Source: Camelus ferus
Lineage: Eukaryota
Direction of reading: 5' to 3'
Length of the DNA stretch: 64,000 nucleotides
Assembly: GCF_009834535.1 (NCBI RefSeq)
Contig: NC_045696.1
Span: forward strand, 6,078,001-6,142,000
Positions 1 to 11,628 of this stretch are shown here, in pieces. Under the pieces are notes generated by a model, which saw only the letters and a list, made by a program, of their open reading frames with translations, searched no databases and had not been told where the DNA came from. How positions within the stretch are numbered: the stretch's first letter is position 1; every line of letters begins with the position of its first letter. A program made the translations under genes and the position numbers.

Positions 1-1528
1 AAGATTGCAAATCGGGGTTAAAACTAAACAAGAAAAAAGACGTTCCTTTCTGAATCACTGTTCTACGGTTATTTCAGCAAAGTGAAATGCATTTAATGCT
101 TTACATTTAATCCAACAGTGTTCCATGTAATCATGTTGTTTAAATGCACTAGAGACAGCGACACATTTTTCTAATAACTAGAAAAAGTCTTCCAAAATTA
201 ATGCTGTCCCTGGCAGAGTGAAATATTCTACATAATTTGAGACACCTAGATGGTGTATTGAATTTATCCACGTGGTCAACAGTTAGATGCTTATCAAGTA
301 CCCCCTGCCCCAGGGGCTGGAATCCCATAGATTAGTAACACGGACACAGTTCCTGCCCTGGTGAGGTTTATGCTCCTCAGTGTGTCCGGGGCGGAGGGGG
401 AGCTACAGAAAGAGGCCCACAGCGTCTGAACGGGGACACACGTGCCCGGGAACTTTGAAGGGAAACCAGTTAGCATTCCCTGCATGCGTTTACCTCCTAC
501 AAACACCCTGAACCCCCACGCCCCTCCCCCAACAAAGCCAGACCCACACAGACTCACACGCCTACAAACGGCAAAACAGGACCAACTGCCAACAAACAGA
601 TTCCCAAGGAACTTGTCAGATCAGACTTGTCCAAATTCAGGGAAAATTTGAGGGCTTTAAAAGTAAGTTTCCCTGGCCCTCAGAAGCCATAACTAAAGGG
701 GGCTGGCAGACACCCCCTAGATCTTTTTACGATTCTGAGTCTGTAACAGACGGCGAAACTCAGAGTTTAAAATCAATTAAATGAGGGCCTATTTCCCTGA
801 ACTCCACTAACAGGCTTATTTTCTTGTATTTTTAACTTGAATGATCCCTCACGATAATGCTTTTCCTGTTTAACTCAATGACTTTTTAATATTGTTCTCA
901 ACACTCTTTTAAGGTCAAAATCAAGACTTTCTATAGGAGGAAAGTTTTTTGTTTTTTTGTTTTTTGTTTTTTTTTTTTGCTCAAAGGCTAGTTTCTGTAT
1001 GTCAGTGAGTAAATATAGATCAATTACTTCCACATTTGTTTAAAAACAAAACCTAAAGAGAAAACAGGAAGAGAAAAAAGAAATCTTTTTGTTGGATTCC
1101 ATCTGGTCTTAGGAAAATTTACTATAAAATTCACAGCTTATCTGAATAAAGGCTCCCTTTCACAGAGGCTGCCTGATTGCTAAAGGCTCTGTCAGGTGGG
1201 CCCCAAAGCCTGGGCAACCTTGCTGCCTCGCCTCCCCATCTGAGCCACCACATTTGCTTTCGACACATGATGTCTGGTGACAGCGAACAAGTTGGTGACT
1301 AAGGCCACTGCCTTGTGGCTCACACTCCCCCACCCCCCACATGCACTCAAGTGGAATCAAAATCCATCCCCTCTGCCAGGTCGTTGACTCATTCCAGTGG
1401 TGTTTTCAGACGATCTGCCCTCCATCACTTGAAACGCCGACCCTACGGCTATAGAGCACGGCCCCCCACCATCACTGGTCCCTGCCGTGTGCACCTCTCC
1501 CGGGGGAGCCCAGTTGCTCAGTGGGTAC

Positions 1529-1729
1529 CTTTGATCATCTGCTCCAGGTGTTCCCAGAGGATGTCGCCCACAAAGTCGGGTGCCAGCTCCAGAAAGCGCT
1601 CCTTGCCAAGGTTACACAACACCTGGCCGGTCATGCCGAACCTCTGCAGGTTGACGTTCACCAGACTGAATTCGTTGGTGGCCCAGAGAAGCCACTGGCA
1701 CACCTGCTGCTCAGTCCACAGCCAGGGAT
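1529..1729 (-). CDS. ETS2: ETS2 exon 5, 201 nt, Pointed (PNT/SAM) domain: (N)[66 protein letters not shown]
   Basis: Reads ccggtag|AT CCC TGG CTG TGG ACT GAG...ATG ATC AAA G|gtaccc and carries the PNT signature ([28 protein letters not shown]). Overlaps ORF 1518..1703. Downstream exons, including the ETS domain, lie beyond position 1. Confidence 0.97.
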
Positions 1730-2042
1730 CTACCGGGGAGGGAAGAAAAGACAGAAGACGTAAGGGGAAGGGGGCAGTGAGACCAGAGGCACTCCTGATT
1801 TACCCACAGAGTCCAGAAGGGCACCAAAGTCCAGGAAAATGAGTGAGAGACCCTGGAAGGTTCTGAGACACTAACAGCAGTGTTTGGCTGGCTGGGTTTG
1901 GAAATAAAAACTGGCCCAGCTAAATGACACCTCTGCCACCCTTTGCAAGATGCTCTGAACAAGCCATCCCAGCCATGGCAGCACAGTGCGTCCATCCAGG
2001 ACGACACAGGCGCAGAAAGCAGCCCTGGGGAGCAGCACCTAC

Positions 2043-2162
2043 TCTTTGGGATGCCGAGGCGGCGCTGCTCCTTTTTGAAGCCACTGAAGGTAGCTTTTAA
2101 GGCTTGACTCATCACAGCCTTGCTGCACGGGGTCAACAGAGGCAACTCACAGTTGGTCGAGT
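2043..2162 (-). CDS. ETS2: ETS2 exon 4, 120 nt, (D)[39 protein letters not shown](N); contains the ERK phosphoacceptor T72 (PLLTP)
   Basis: Reads ttttccag|AC TCG ACC AAC TGT GAG TTG CCT CTG TTG ACC CCG...ATC CCA AAG A|gtaggt. After splicing, the PLLTP Thr is residue 72, as in ETS2. Overlaps ORF 1711..2145. Confidence 0.97.
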
Positions 2163-3277
2163 CTGGAAAAGAAAACCCCAGGACGTTAGGAGTTCAAGCC
2201 GGCGACAACACAGGCAGGACCGAGCAAGGGAACATCCTGGTCTTTAGGGAAGAACAATTCTGATCTCAAACCTTCAGCATCACTCCTCAGAAGAGTATAA
2301 ATATTAACAAAAAATGTTTTTGACTGAAACCGAGAAAATATTACACATCTCATAACTACACTTATAAAAAATCTCGAATAAAACTCAAGTTTTATTTTGC
2401 AAAACTTCATAAAGTGGTGATGCCCAGGTAACATTTCTATTTAAGGCTTTACTTCAACGTTAGACAACGAAAGAAACGGCATGGCTTAAGGGGCTGTCAA
2501 TGCCTAACCTGGAAGTGACTTCCACTAACACAAAGCAGCAGGCAAAGGGACGTCAGGCATAAAAGGAACACACCGTGCTTGGCACCTGTGACGTCCGCAC
2601 ACCTTCCATTTTTATTGAAAACCACCTTCTCTGGATTCCCTCAGCAATTTCAAGTGTGATAAATGATCGTCACACGGCAGCACGCTTATGCAAGCATACG
2701 TGTTTTCATTAACTTTCTGCGCTGTATTCTCTAGCACCTACTTCATATGACAAAGTAGCCTCTGGAATGTTTCCAACCAGTAACTGTATCATAGTAATGG
2801 CAGAGGCACCGTCCAACGTGCTAGTCCTTTAAAAAGAATAAACAGCTCCGGAAGCAAACACAGATGGGTAACGATGGGCAAGAATAATTTGTTGCCCCAA
2901 AACTCGGAGTTGGGGGCGGAGGGACGATCTATGTAATGATGCAAACACAGGGTGAAAAGCTGGGATGCATTTTAACGTCCACTGGCCTGCTTCACGCAGC
3001 AGACTGGCAGGTGAGGCTGGGCTGGCTGCAGCCGGAAACAGCCCAAGGGAAAGCTAAGGGCCCCCGCTCTCCCTGGGGTGTGTCTGGCAGGTGAGGACAC
3101 CAGCCACCACATGCGTGAAAAAGGAAACCCGTCTTCTCCGGCGCAGGGCCTCCACCTGACTCTTCCCACCCAAGATTCAAGACGCCGACGTTCGTCGCCT
3201 GGGAATTGCCATCTCTCTATTAACTGGACGACTTACGGACATCATGCTCAGTTTGTCAAGTCTGAGTAACAAATTAC

Positions 3278-3389
3278 CATGAGAAATTGAATCCAAGCCT
3301 GTTGGCACTTCTTGGAGTGTTTGCTCCTCATTTAACGAGGGGAAAACGGCAAGCAGGGACCCGTCGAAGGTGTCAAAGGCGGGCTGGCG
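3278..3389 (-). CDS. ETS2: ETS2 exon 3, 112 nt, RQPAFDTFDGSLLAVFPSLNEEQTLQEVPTGLDSISH(D)
   Basis: Reads ttctgcag|CGC CAG CCC GCC TTT GAC ACC TTC GAC GGG...ATT TCT CAT G|gtaatt and continues the frame from exon 2. It is absent from the ORF track and was read by hand. Confidence 0.96.
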
Positions 3390-3582
3390 CTGCAGAAGCA
3401 GATGGAAAGAAAACCAAAACGTGATTATCTGACTTACTTAATGATGTCCTTTAAAAGTGGTTCATAGGCAGTCTCACTGAGGCACCCCAATTAAACTGCC
3501 AGTTATACAGTCACGCATGGAATAGGCCAGCCTGAGTAGACTTCTGAGAGGGTCAAAGTGATTATACTTCACTCTGGATTTA

Positions 3583-3990
3583 CAGGCACACCTTGGAGAC
3601 ACACTGCAGACCACTGCGATAAAGCAAATATCGCAGTAAAGCAAGTCACACAAATTTTTTGGTTTCCAGGTGCGTAGAAAAGTGACACGCATTTATGGTC
3701 AATTAAGTGTGCAAGAGTATCATGTCTAAAAAAAAAAACAACGCTTAATTAAAAAATACTTTACTGCTAAAAAATGCTAACCATCATCTGAACCTTCATC
3801 TATTTTGCTGGTGGAGGGTTTGAAATATTGCGGGAATTACCAAACGTGACCTAGAGACACGAGGTGAGCAAACGCTGTTGGGAAAACGGTGCCGATCAAC
3901 TTGCTGGATGCGGGGTGGCCGCAAACCTTCAATGTGTAAAACACGCAGCAAAGCGAAGTACCATCGGTACCACCTGACAGCGTGTGCCTG
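3583..3990. mobile_element. Internally deleted Tigger1-derived DNA transposon (TcMar-Tigger) in ETS2 intron 2
   Basis: TA|CAGGCACAC...GTGTGCCTG|TA gives terminal inverted repeats and a TA target duplication (3581-3582, 3991-3992). Both arms resemble Tigger1 ends (gcaagtcacacaaattttttggtttcc; tttgaaatattgc...aattaccaaa). Confidence 0.85.
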
Positions 3991-6188
3991 TAATCAGCCT
4001 CAGGGCCAGAGGTATGCCAGGGAATTTATTTTTAATGGCCTAACCAATTTAAATGAATACATTAAGTAAACTAACTTAAAACAAGAGGATCTTAGAGCAG
4101 TGCTGGGAGGGAGGGATCTCAGAGACCACCTGGTCCAAACACCTGGCCCTTGTAAGCTACGCGGGAGAGAAACTGAGTACAGAAGAAAAATGACCCTTGG
4201 CTGGACAGTTTCAGCTCACCGCTGTTAAAACAAAAGGCAAGCGACTGGAAATCAAAAATCAAATGAGGAACTATATTACTATATCTGTGGAAGCATTTAT
4301 TCTGAAATGTTTACCATGAAACACTTTAACTGAAACCAGAAGTTTTCCCTCCGCTATCCCATATGAGAACATTCCTTAAGGCTTAATTCTGTACAAGGAA
4401 AGTATATTCAAAATGACCCCCGCCATCAAATATTAAGGGGAAAGATTTCCAAAGGAAATAGGTTTAAAGGTGAACTACCTATAATTTAGGAGAAAGAGGA
4501 GGAGAGTTACACAGAGAAAGATAAACCTCACATTGAGAGGATTTCTAATAATCTCATCTAATATTTATAAATGAAATAGCCTTTAATGCAAGGCTCACTT
4601 ATAAGTAACAGATAAAGGCTTGATTCATCATTGCCTCACTTGTTGAGGAAAAACGTGAAGAAAGGTTATTTTTTTCCAACATAAGCTGGAAATCCCATGT
4701 TATGTGTAACGCAATGACCCATCTGCTGAGTCATCAATTAAAAAAATGTGTAACACATTTACAACTAAAACGGTCTGTGTGCTTTCTTTTTAGAAGTGCG
4801 GAACAATGAATGACGCATTACATAAGAGGACAGGCAGAAGCTGGAGCTCAGCCCAAAACACTCGAGTCAGTGATGTCCCAATGGTGTTGGAAACCAGCCC
4901 CCAAAAACCCAAGGCAAGGATGTCCGAAGACCCACAGGGGGGAGAACCAACCAAGCAAGTGCAAAGTACTTACCTAGATCTACAAAGAACCCTATAGCAG
5001 CCCTAATTTTGGTGAAATAGCCAACGGATTTTTTAAAATTCCCACTAGCACTGCCCAGGTGACTAAGAAATGCCTTTTCTTTCCAGACTGTCCTCTTGAC
5101 TGTTCTTTTTTTTTAAAACCGGAAGCCAAAGACAAGACAAATTCCTGCTGCGTATTTCAACACATCAATTTCAGCAATGAGTTTCTTCTCCAAACCCAGA
5201 AATCACATGGGCACCGTCAAACTCCCTGAAGTTATAGCAGAATTTTTCTCTCTAGAGGTGTCGTTTCAAACTTAGTACCATAATTTCTTGTCTGGTTTCC
5301 GCTACGCTGGAAATGTCTGTACAAATTGAACCAAAAAACTCACTAGCCTGAAGTTTGATAAACTTCATGGATACTCTAGAGGCCAGTGCCAGATTTTGCC
5401 TCTTTGGGTTCTATCAGACAAATAATCTCATGATGATATACAGAGAAAAACATAACATGCCAGAGACACATCATTGTACAAAAACATTCAGCTCAGAGGA
5501 GGCCAATCTAAAAATCACTGCTTCTGAGACATGTTTATTATAGAACACTGAAAAAAAAAATCAACTCTCACAGTCACATTTGGAGAAGGCAAATGGGAAA
5601 TTATCAGTTTCTGCTGCTAAAGAATGTTCCCGAAGGGACTGAGACAGAAGCTACATGAGGTCTGTTCATTATGCAGTGGAGAAGGCTCGCTCATCTTTAA
5701 TCTGTTTTCCAGTTCACATCAGCTTGCACGGTCCTGCCAGGAAGCACAGGCCGCCTGCATCCCAGTGGACGTTGCCGCTTCTGACGGGAGAAGCGGCTCT
5801 TTAACGTCAGTTCTTAAACAGCCTTTCCGTCACCCAAGGAAACTCCTGGAATGGACAGAACAGATAGTCTCTACAGCTCTGTTCTCTTGAGAATTCACAG
5901 GAATTTTCACCTGGTAGGAGCCTCAGCAGTAAACTACAAAGGCCTCACCATCTACAAATTAAATGGTTGCATATCTTGGAGGGCCAGTCAAACAAGCACC
6001 AGGACACCTGTTTTACAGACTAGAAAACTGAGACCCAGAGAGATTAAGCAAACAGTCCAGAGTCACACAGCCTGTAAATTAAAAAGCTAAGGCTAGAACC
6101 AGTCTTCTGGGATCCAGCCCATTGTTTTTAACTCCTAGAGATTGCATTTTCTGATTTTTTAAAATTTAATTAAGCCTGACTTTCTCAC

Positions 6189-6260
6189 CTTGAGTGTCCC
6201 TCTGTAGCTGCTGGACACGGGGGCCACCTGGTCCATGTTTTTGATTCCAAAATCATTCAT
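6189..6260 (-). CDS. ETS2: ETS2 first coding exon (exon 2), 72 nt, MNDFGIKNMDQVAPVSSSYRGTLK
   Basis: Minus strand reads polypyrimidine tract...tttaag|ATG AAT GAT TTT GGA ATC AAA AAC ATG GAC CAG...ACA CTC AAG|gtgaga. The peptide matches the known ETS2 N-terminus and the boundaries are AG/GT, phase 0. Confidence 0.97.
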
Positions 6261-7009
6261 CTTAAAAAAAGAAAAGGAAAAAGAAAAGAAATGAAGAGTC
6301 AAAGAGGCGACAAACCAAGTCCATTTTTTAAGAAGTCTGCACTGGCCGCATTCACACTTAATTTGGGCTGAGTCCGTCAAGTTCCGCAGCCCTAACAGGT
6401 CAGTCAAAACTGAATGCCAGGAATTCTTCTCACAAAGGGGATGCTATTTAAGTAATTAAATAATAATGCTAATTTGCCACTGAATTCCACTTAGATTTGA
6501 GGCGCACAGATAAAGTTGCCTTAGCTCAGAACCTCCCGGGAAGCCTGGCTGGGTGACCTGAGCAGGGGGCCTGTGTCCTGGTAGACGAGTGGGAGACCTG
6601 CTTTCTACCGCCAATTCCAAGGTCAACCCCAAGGGGTGCGGGCTTGGGGGGCTCTGTTGTGTGGGCCGTGGGCCACCTCCTGTCTGCGCCGGGGCAGTCA
6701 GCTTAACCTGCGGGCGTGCCGGCCAGCCGAGGGATGCCCTGCCCCTGGCAGCTCACAGGAAGATCCGGACTCGGGAAACTCTGCTGAAAAGAGCTGCCTC
6801 GGAGGCCCCCTCCCCACTGCAAGCCGTGAAGAAGCACAGGCGCAGGAGGCTGATAAAAGGGAGACCAACCCTCCTGTGCCGGCCCAGGGCACCCAAGCGC
6901 AAAATGCGTCTGCGCTGTGTGTGGCTCAGCCTGCATTTCTTCAAGAGGAAGCAGTTCTAATCATGGATCTGCCTCGCTTGCTTTGAAGGCCTGGGCTTAT
7001 CCGAGACCT

Positions 7010-7300
7010 GCAGAGACCGATGTGTAGCCACCAGCCTCGTGTGGCTAACTGAGCGCCTGACCCAGGGCAAGGGCAAACTCAGATGTGCTCTGCGTGTAAA
7101 ATGTACCCCGATGTCAAAGATTTCACGGGAAAAAAGTAAACTATCTCAGTACTAACTTTATATTGACTGTGTGTTTATGTAATTTAAATGTGCTAGGTTA
7201 ACTGAAATACACTGAAATTCATTTCACCTATTTCACTATTTAACGTAGCTACTAGAAAACTTTGAGTTACAGGTGTGACTTACAATCGGACAGTTCTGCA
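7010..7300. mobile_element. hAT-Charlie MER33/MER3-like relic in intron 1
   Basis: Motifs gtagccaccagcc.cgtgtggcta, agatgtgct...gtgtaaaa and gtagctactagaaaa.ttt recall the MER33 consensus. Confidence 0.6.
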
Positions 7301-10300
7301 TGTGACTTGTGATTGCTGTAATAATCTGAAAACGTATTTGGGGCCCTAAAATGTAATTGTTTGGTCGGGTAAGTTAAATATTAATAAGTGAGAAATGTAC
7401 CTTGATAATCCTGCCAAGGTGTTAGAGAAAAAAACAGAGCAACGAAAGCTGATTTTCAGATAACCTGGGAGAGCATCAGTGACAGGAACCCACCCCCTGG
7501 CTCCTTGACCATGAACTGCAGGTCTAGAAGGAAGCTTTACAGGGTACCTCTAACGGCCCACCCTGCGGTCTCCACTGGGTGCTCCTACCTGTTACAACCA
7601 CGAACTTTGAGTAATTAAAATATTGTGCAATAGACAGGACTGACTGGCGGAGGCCAACAGCCTGTTTTCCCGTAACTACTTAATTCGAGTTTGTACTTTC
7701 TTGTTTTTTCTTTATGGTCAACATTGCGGCTAAACCAGACCTCCCAGCAGCTCAATACACAGGCACACGTACACACACGCACACACACACCCCTTGGCTG
7801 GAAAGGCAGCGTGGGAGGACAGTCACTGCCACAGGGGAGGCGAGAGGCACTGGAGACGGCTGTTAATACCTTAAGTGCGGGTAATTATCATGGTGGCCAG
7901 TGCAGGCTCAAAAGCTTTGACAAAAAATAATATTCCTGGGGCAGGGGGGTCCAGAGGGTACAAAAGTGGCCACATTTGCTCAGAATCTCCACTTGGTGGA
8001 CAATGTCATCCACATGCACTCAAGAATCAATATTCACTACTGATGGTCACCGCCCTGGAAGATTCCCACTTGGTAAAGGCTAAGCCTGAGCTGGGGGACC
8101 ACACCTTCCCCCGCTCACTGAATCGTCTGACATCCCTGAGTGGTAGATGTTATACCATCATACAGTGAGGCAACAGAGGCCCAGAGACCTCGGGTACCTG
8201 GCCCAGGATCACACAGCAACCGTGGGCCATCTAAGAGGCATAGTGCAGACCAAACCCCAGTGGAGTATGGCCCTACCTCCTGAGCTCCTCCATGTGCCAG
8301 GATGACCTGAATGATGAGGCCTGGGCCCTCCTGCCCCTCCCAGCACATCAGAAAAAGCAGAGACGTCACACGGATACTATCAGACTAGGCCCCTGCTCGC
8401 TACTCCTTATAATGTGAAATGCCCCTTAATGTGGAGCTAATGTCATTGATCTGGATGAACCAAGTCCTGTCACCTGTTGATTACCTTAACAAGCCTCAAA
8501 AAGGAGACCAAAATGCAAGGACATCTTGGGTGCTGCCAGTGATCCATCTTCTTCCCAGGTTTTACAGATTTTATGCTACATTTTTCAGCCTCACAGAGAC
8601 AGGAGGATGGATGCGGAAGGTAATGAAAAGCCTCGCCTGGTTTTTGTGTACAGATACCAGAAGGAAAGGCAGTCTACCACTCCCACATAAAGAGCTATAA
8701 TTACTAGCTACAGAATAGAATTCTTTTGTTGTCCAGCTTTTAATTTGTTTTGTGAAAACCATGTAGAATCAAAGTGCTCTACCAATGGTTTGTGGCAAAC
8801 ACATAACTAATCAAATTTAAGTTCACTTATTTTATTCAACACAGCTTGTTAAGGCGGCAGGCGGGCCAAGTTTCTCCACAGAAGTCAATTTCACACTAAG
8901 GTCCTCTTAGTGTTGCCCTATCGACTGCTGATTTTGAGAAAAAAAGAGAGAGAAAGGGGAAAATGGTAGAAATGGAAGGGCTGAGAGTGGTTAAAATTTA
9001 AAACAAGAAGAACTTGCCGGACAACAGTATCCTTATGGGAATAAGTGATTACTTACGTGAGATCAGAGCTCAGATTTGTATTTAGGTAAATGTGGAGTGG
9101 GGAGGCGGGGGAGAAAGAAAAACGAACCCAAAACGCAGTTCTGATGATTGGTTTGCTTCTCTCTTTGAAAGTTATCAATTTAGAGGGAGGAATGACTAAT
9201 CCCAAAAATGAGTGCCTACCTCCCTGCAGGACGCGGGGCGCTGGCATTTACTGTACTGTGATATTATTCAGAATTTTAATAGACCTTAACTTAGAGATTT
9301 ATCTTTCTGATTGGTGGTGTGGGCAGGCAGACAGCGAACAGGCGCTTCCACCGCAGGGAACAAACATAATCTCTTAGTGGTAAATTAAAATAAATTACTC
9401 CTATCTCCAAGGGGACTGCTCATTTCTTTACTTTCTAAATAAGCAGCATGTCAACTACTATTTTAGGATACCCTAAAATTGAATACAGGCCAATATTAAA
9501 AAAAAAATCTCATGTGCTTAAAAAAAATCATACACGCACAAACGCTATTACCCTATCATCCAAAATGCTGTAAAAATGGGAATTTAAATAAAGGCAGCCT
9601 TGCGCACCCAGAGCCCCATTTCCGACAGATTCCCAGTGTTTGTCTCGCAGGACCTAGGCGCCTCGATCCGGAGGTCCTGGGGCGCCTGAGGGGGTCTCGC
9701 TCGAACGGAAGGATCCTGAACGTGGCCGAGCAGGTGCCTGGGGGGTTGGGATCGGCGTGTTTTCGGGGAGACGCAGCCTCCCAGGTGTTCCAGGTGCCCC
9801 AGATCTTCCCGGGCCCGGCGCGCTCCCGTAAACCACCCGTAAGCCTGGGCTCGCCGGGGCCCCTCGGACACCCTCTCCGGCGTCCCCCTTCGCGAAATCA
9901 GGTCCGCCGGGCGCCCAGTGGCAAGAGCCCCCTCCACCACGCCCGCGTTTCCTTTTAAAACAAAAGCTAGTGAAACGAGCTGGCGCGCCCCGCCCGCCCC
10001 AGCCGGCTCCGCGACCCCGGGGCCCGCGGCCCAAGTTCGCAGCCGGCTCCGCGCGTCACCGCCCGGCCCACCCCGCGCCCTGCCCGCCGCCCCCAAAGCC
10101 ACCCGGCCACCCGGCCACCCGGAACATGAGCCCCGAGCGGATCGGATCCGGACTCGCGAACCGCGACTCCAGGGAGCAGCCGCCACCCTGCCCGGACAAC
10201 GGCTGCGCCCCGGGATCCGGACCTCGGCGCCGCCACGGCCTCTGCCCGGTTTGCGGGTTCCCCGGGAGGGGAGCCGGCGCCGGAGGGCGCTCCCCGCCGA

Positions 10301-10342
10301 CCCCCGCCCGCCGGACCCCTGCCGCCCAGACCCGGCTCTTAC

Positions 10343-10560
10343 CGCGCCGCTCCGGGCAGGGCCGCCGGCGGCTCGGGGCCCGGGCTTCTCGGTGCGCGCC
10401 GCGGAGGGCGCGGGCGCGGACGCGCGAGGGAGGCGCTCCGGGAGGTCGGCACCGGCCGGGGGCGGCGGGCGGGCTCGGGGCGCTCGGGCTGGGGCGACAC
10501 CGCGCTCCGCGCCGCCGCTGGAGGAAGTAACCGGCCGGTCCCCGTCGCCGCGCGCTCTTC
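10343..10560 (-). other. ETS2: ETS2 non-coding exon 1 (5' UTR); 5' boundary approximate
   Basis: GC-rich minus-strand sequence ccggttacttcctccag...gccctgcccggagcggcgcg ends in the donor G|GTAAGA (GT at 10342-10341). It resembles the human ETS2 5' UTR as I recall it, contains no ATG, and lies in the CpG island. Confidence 0.85.
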
Positions 10561-10740
10561 AGGAGCAGGGGGTGGGAGGGAGGAGGCAGGAGGGAGGGGA
10601 GACGACAGAGAGGAGGGAGGAGGGGCTGAGGGGGAGGGGAGAGGACCGGAGGGGCGGAGGGGAGGGGAGGGGAGGGGGTGGGAAGCAGAGGGGAGGAGAG
10701 CCGAGGAGAGGAGGGTGGAGGAGAAGAGCAGGGGGCGGAG
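10561..10740. promoter_or_regulatory. Polypurine/polypyrimidine promoter tract with G-run array
   Basis: About 180 bp that is mostly G/A on the + strand, including GGGGCGGAGGGGAGGGGAGGGGAGGGGGTGGG at 10651-10682. Confidence 0.85.
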
Positions 10741-11614
10741 CCGCTCCTTGCAGGCCTGACCTCGCTGGACGCCGGCTGTCACTCTTCTGTGTCCCTGGCC
10801 TGCGGTTCCAGGGCCGCGTTGGGCCCGGGACTCAGAAGCCTGGCGCCCCGTGCCCTTGTATGACCCAGGTGGTCGGGAAGAGTGTCTTTCCTTGGTTTCT
10901 TCCCCTGGTCCAGAGGCTTTAACACCAGACGTGCCCTGATAAGACTGGAGTCGTGGTGCTGGTGCCACCGAGTGGCTGCCGGGCTTGGGTAGTAAGGGAC
11001 TCGTTCTTAGCCCTCCTTGTGGACTTAGAATTTCTGATTATGCTTATGCTTTACGACCATTCTGTCATGAAAAGACGCTAAATGAGATGACAGATGTACA
11101 AACTGAGCCTTTCTGTGGGTCACGGAGTCCCCCGCCCTCTCCCGGGAGCCCCATTCCTACAGCCTCCTTGTGAGTGGCTCCCCCTAGAGTTGAGCGGTGC
11201 CTTAGCCATGCCAGCCTTGACTGAGCATCCCTGGGCTCATGCTCGTGATAATTCTCCCAGGCCTTATTGCCTGCTCCTTAAATATGAGGGAATCGGCCCT
11301 TAGGGTAATGGGAAATTCAGGGTTGAAACTCGAGTTTATCTGACTCCCAGCTATGGTCAAAACCGTCACCCATACTGCTGGTTTCCATTTTTAGCAGGAA
11401 ATACTTGAGTTTGCGGCTACAAAAATGCACATTTCCTATTCAGATTCAGGTCAGATTTTCATTATTTGGAGAACTATTTAGATTCCTAAAGGTGGGTATA
11501 AAATAAAATAGCCCAGCTTGGGCAGGGCCCCAGCTTTAAAGTTGGTGTGTCTTGGGGACTGCAGTGGTGTGAAGGGAAAGGAACTGCCTCATGTCTCGGT
11601 TGCCAAGGTTCGCA

Positions 11615-11628
11615 GTTTCCATGGCAAC
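11615..11628. promoter_or_regulatory. RFX X-box about 1 kb upstream of ETS2 exon 1
   Basis: GTTTCCATGGCAAC matches the GTTNCCATGGNAAC consensus. Confidence 0.55.

Larger units (their letters stand above)
9580..10870. promoter_or_regulatory. ETS2: CpG island / TATA-less ETS2 promoter
   Basis: Very high GC and CpG density compared with the flanks. GC boxes GGGGCGGAG at 10651-10659 and 10732-10740, and an ETS core GAGGAAGT at 10521-10528. Spans exon 1 and the start of intron 1. Confidence 0.92.

Noticed and set aside
1..60. ETS2 exon 6
   Set aside because: The minus strand becomes pyrimidine-rich near position 1, consistent with an approaching acceptor, but no exon sequence is visible inside the window.
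1315..1842. 175-aa + strand ORF antisense to exon 5
   Set aside because: Shadow of coding sequence with a non-ATG start and no recognisable domain.
1711..2145. 144-aa ORF as a standalone gene
   Set aside because: It is ETS2 exon 4 reading through its donor into intron 4. The same applies to ORFs 1518..1703 and 6159..6407.
9512..10968. Long overlapping ORFs (334, 209, 200, 186 and 148 aa) across the CpG island
   Set aside because: Pro/Arg/Gly/Ala-rich open frames on both strands are expected from stop-codon scarcity in very GC-rich DNA. ORF 10339..10968 starts at GTG and is out of frame with the ETS2 ATG at the exon 1 donor.
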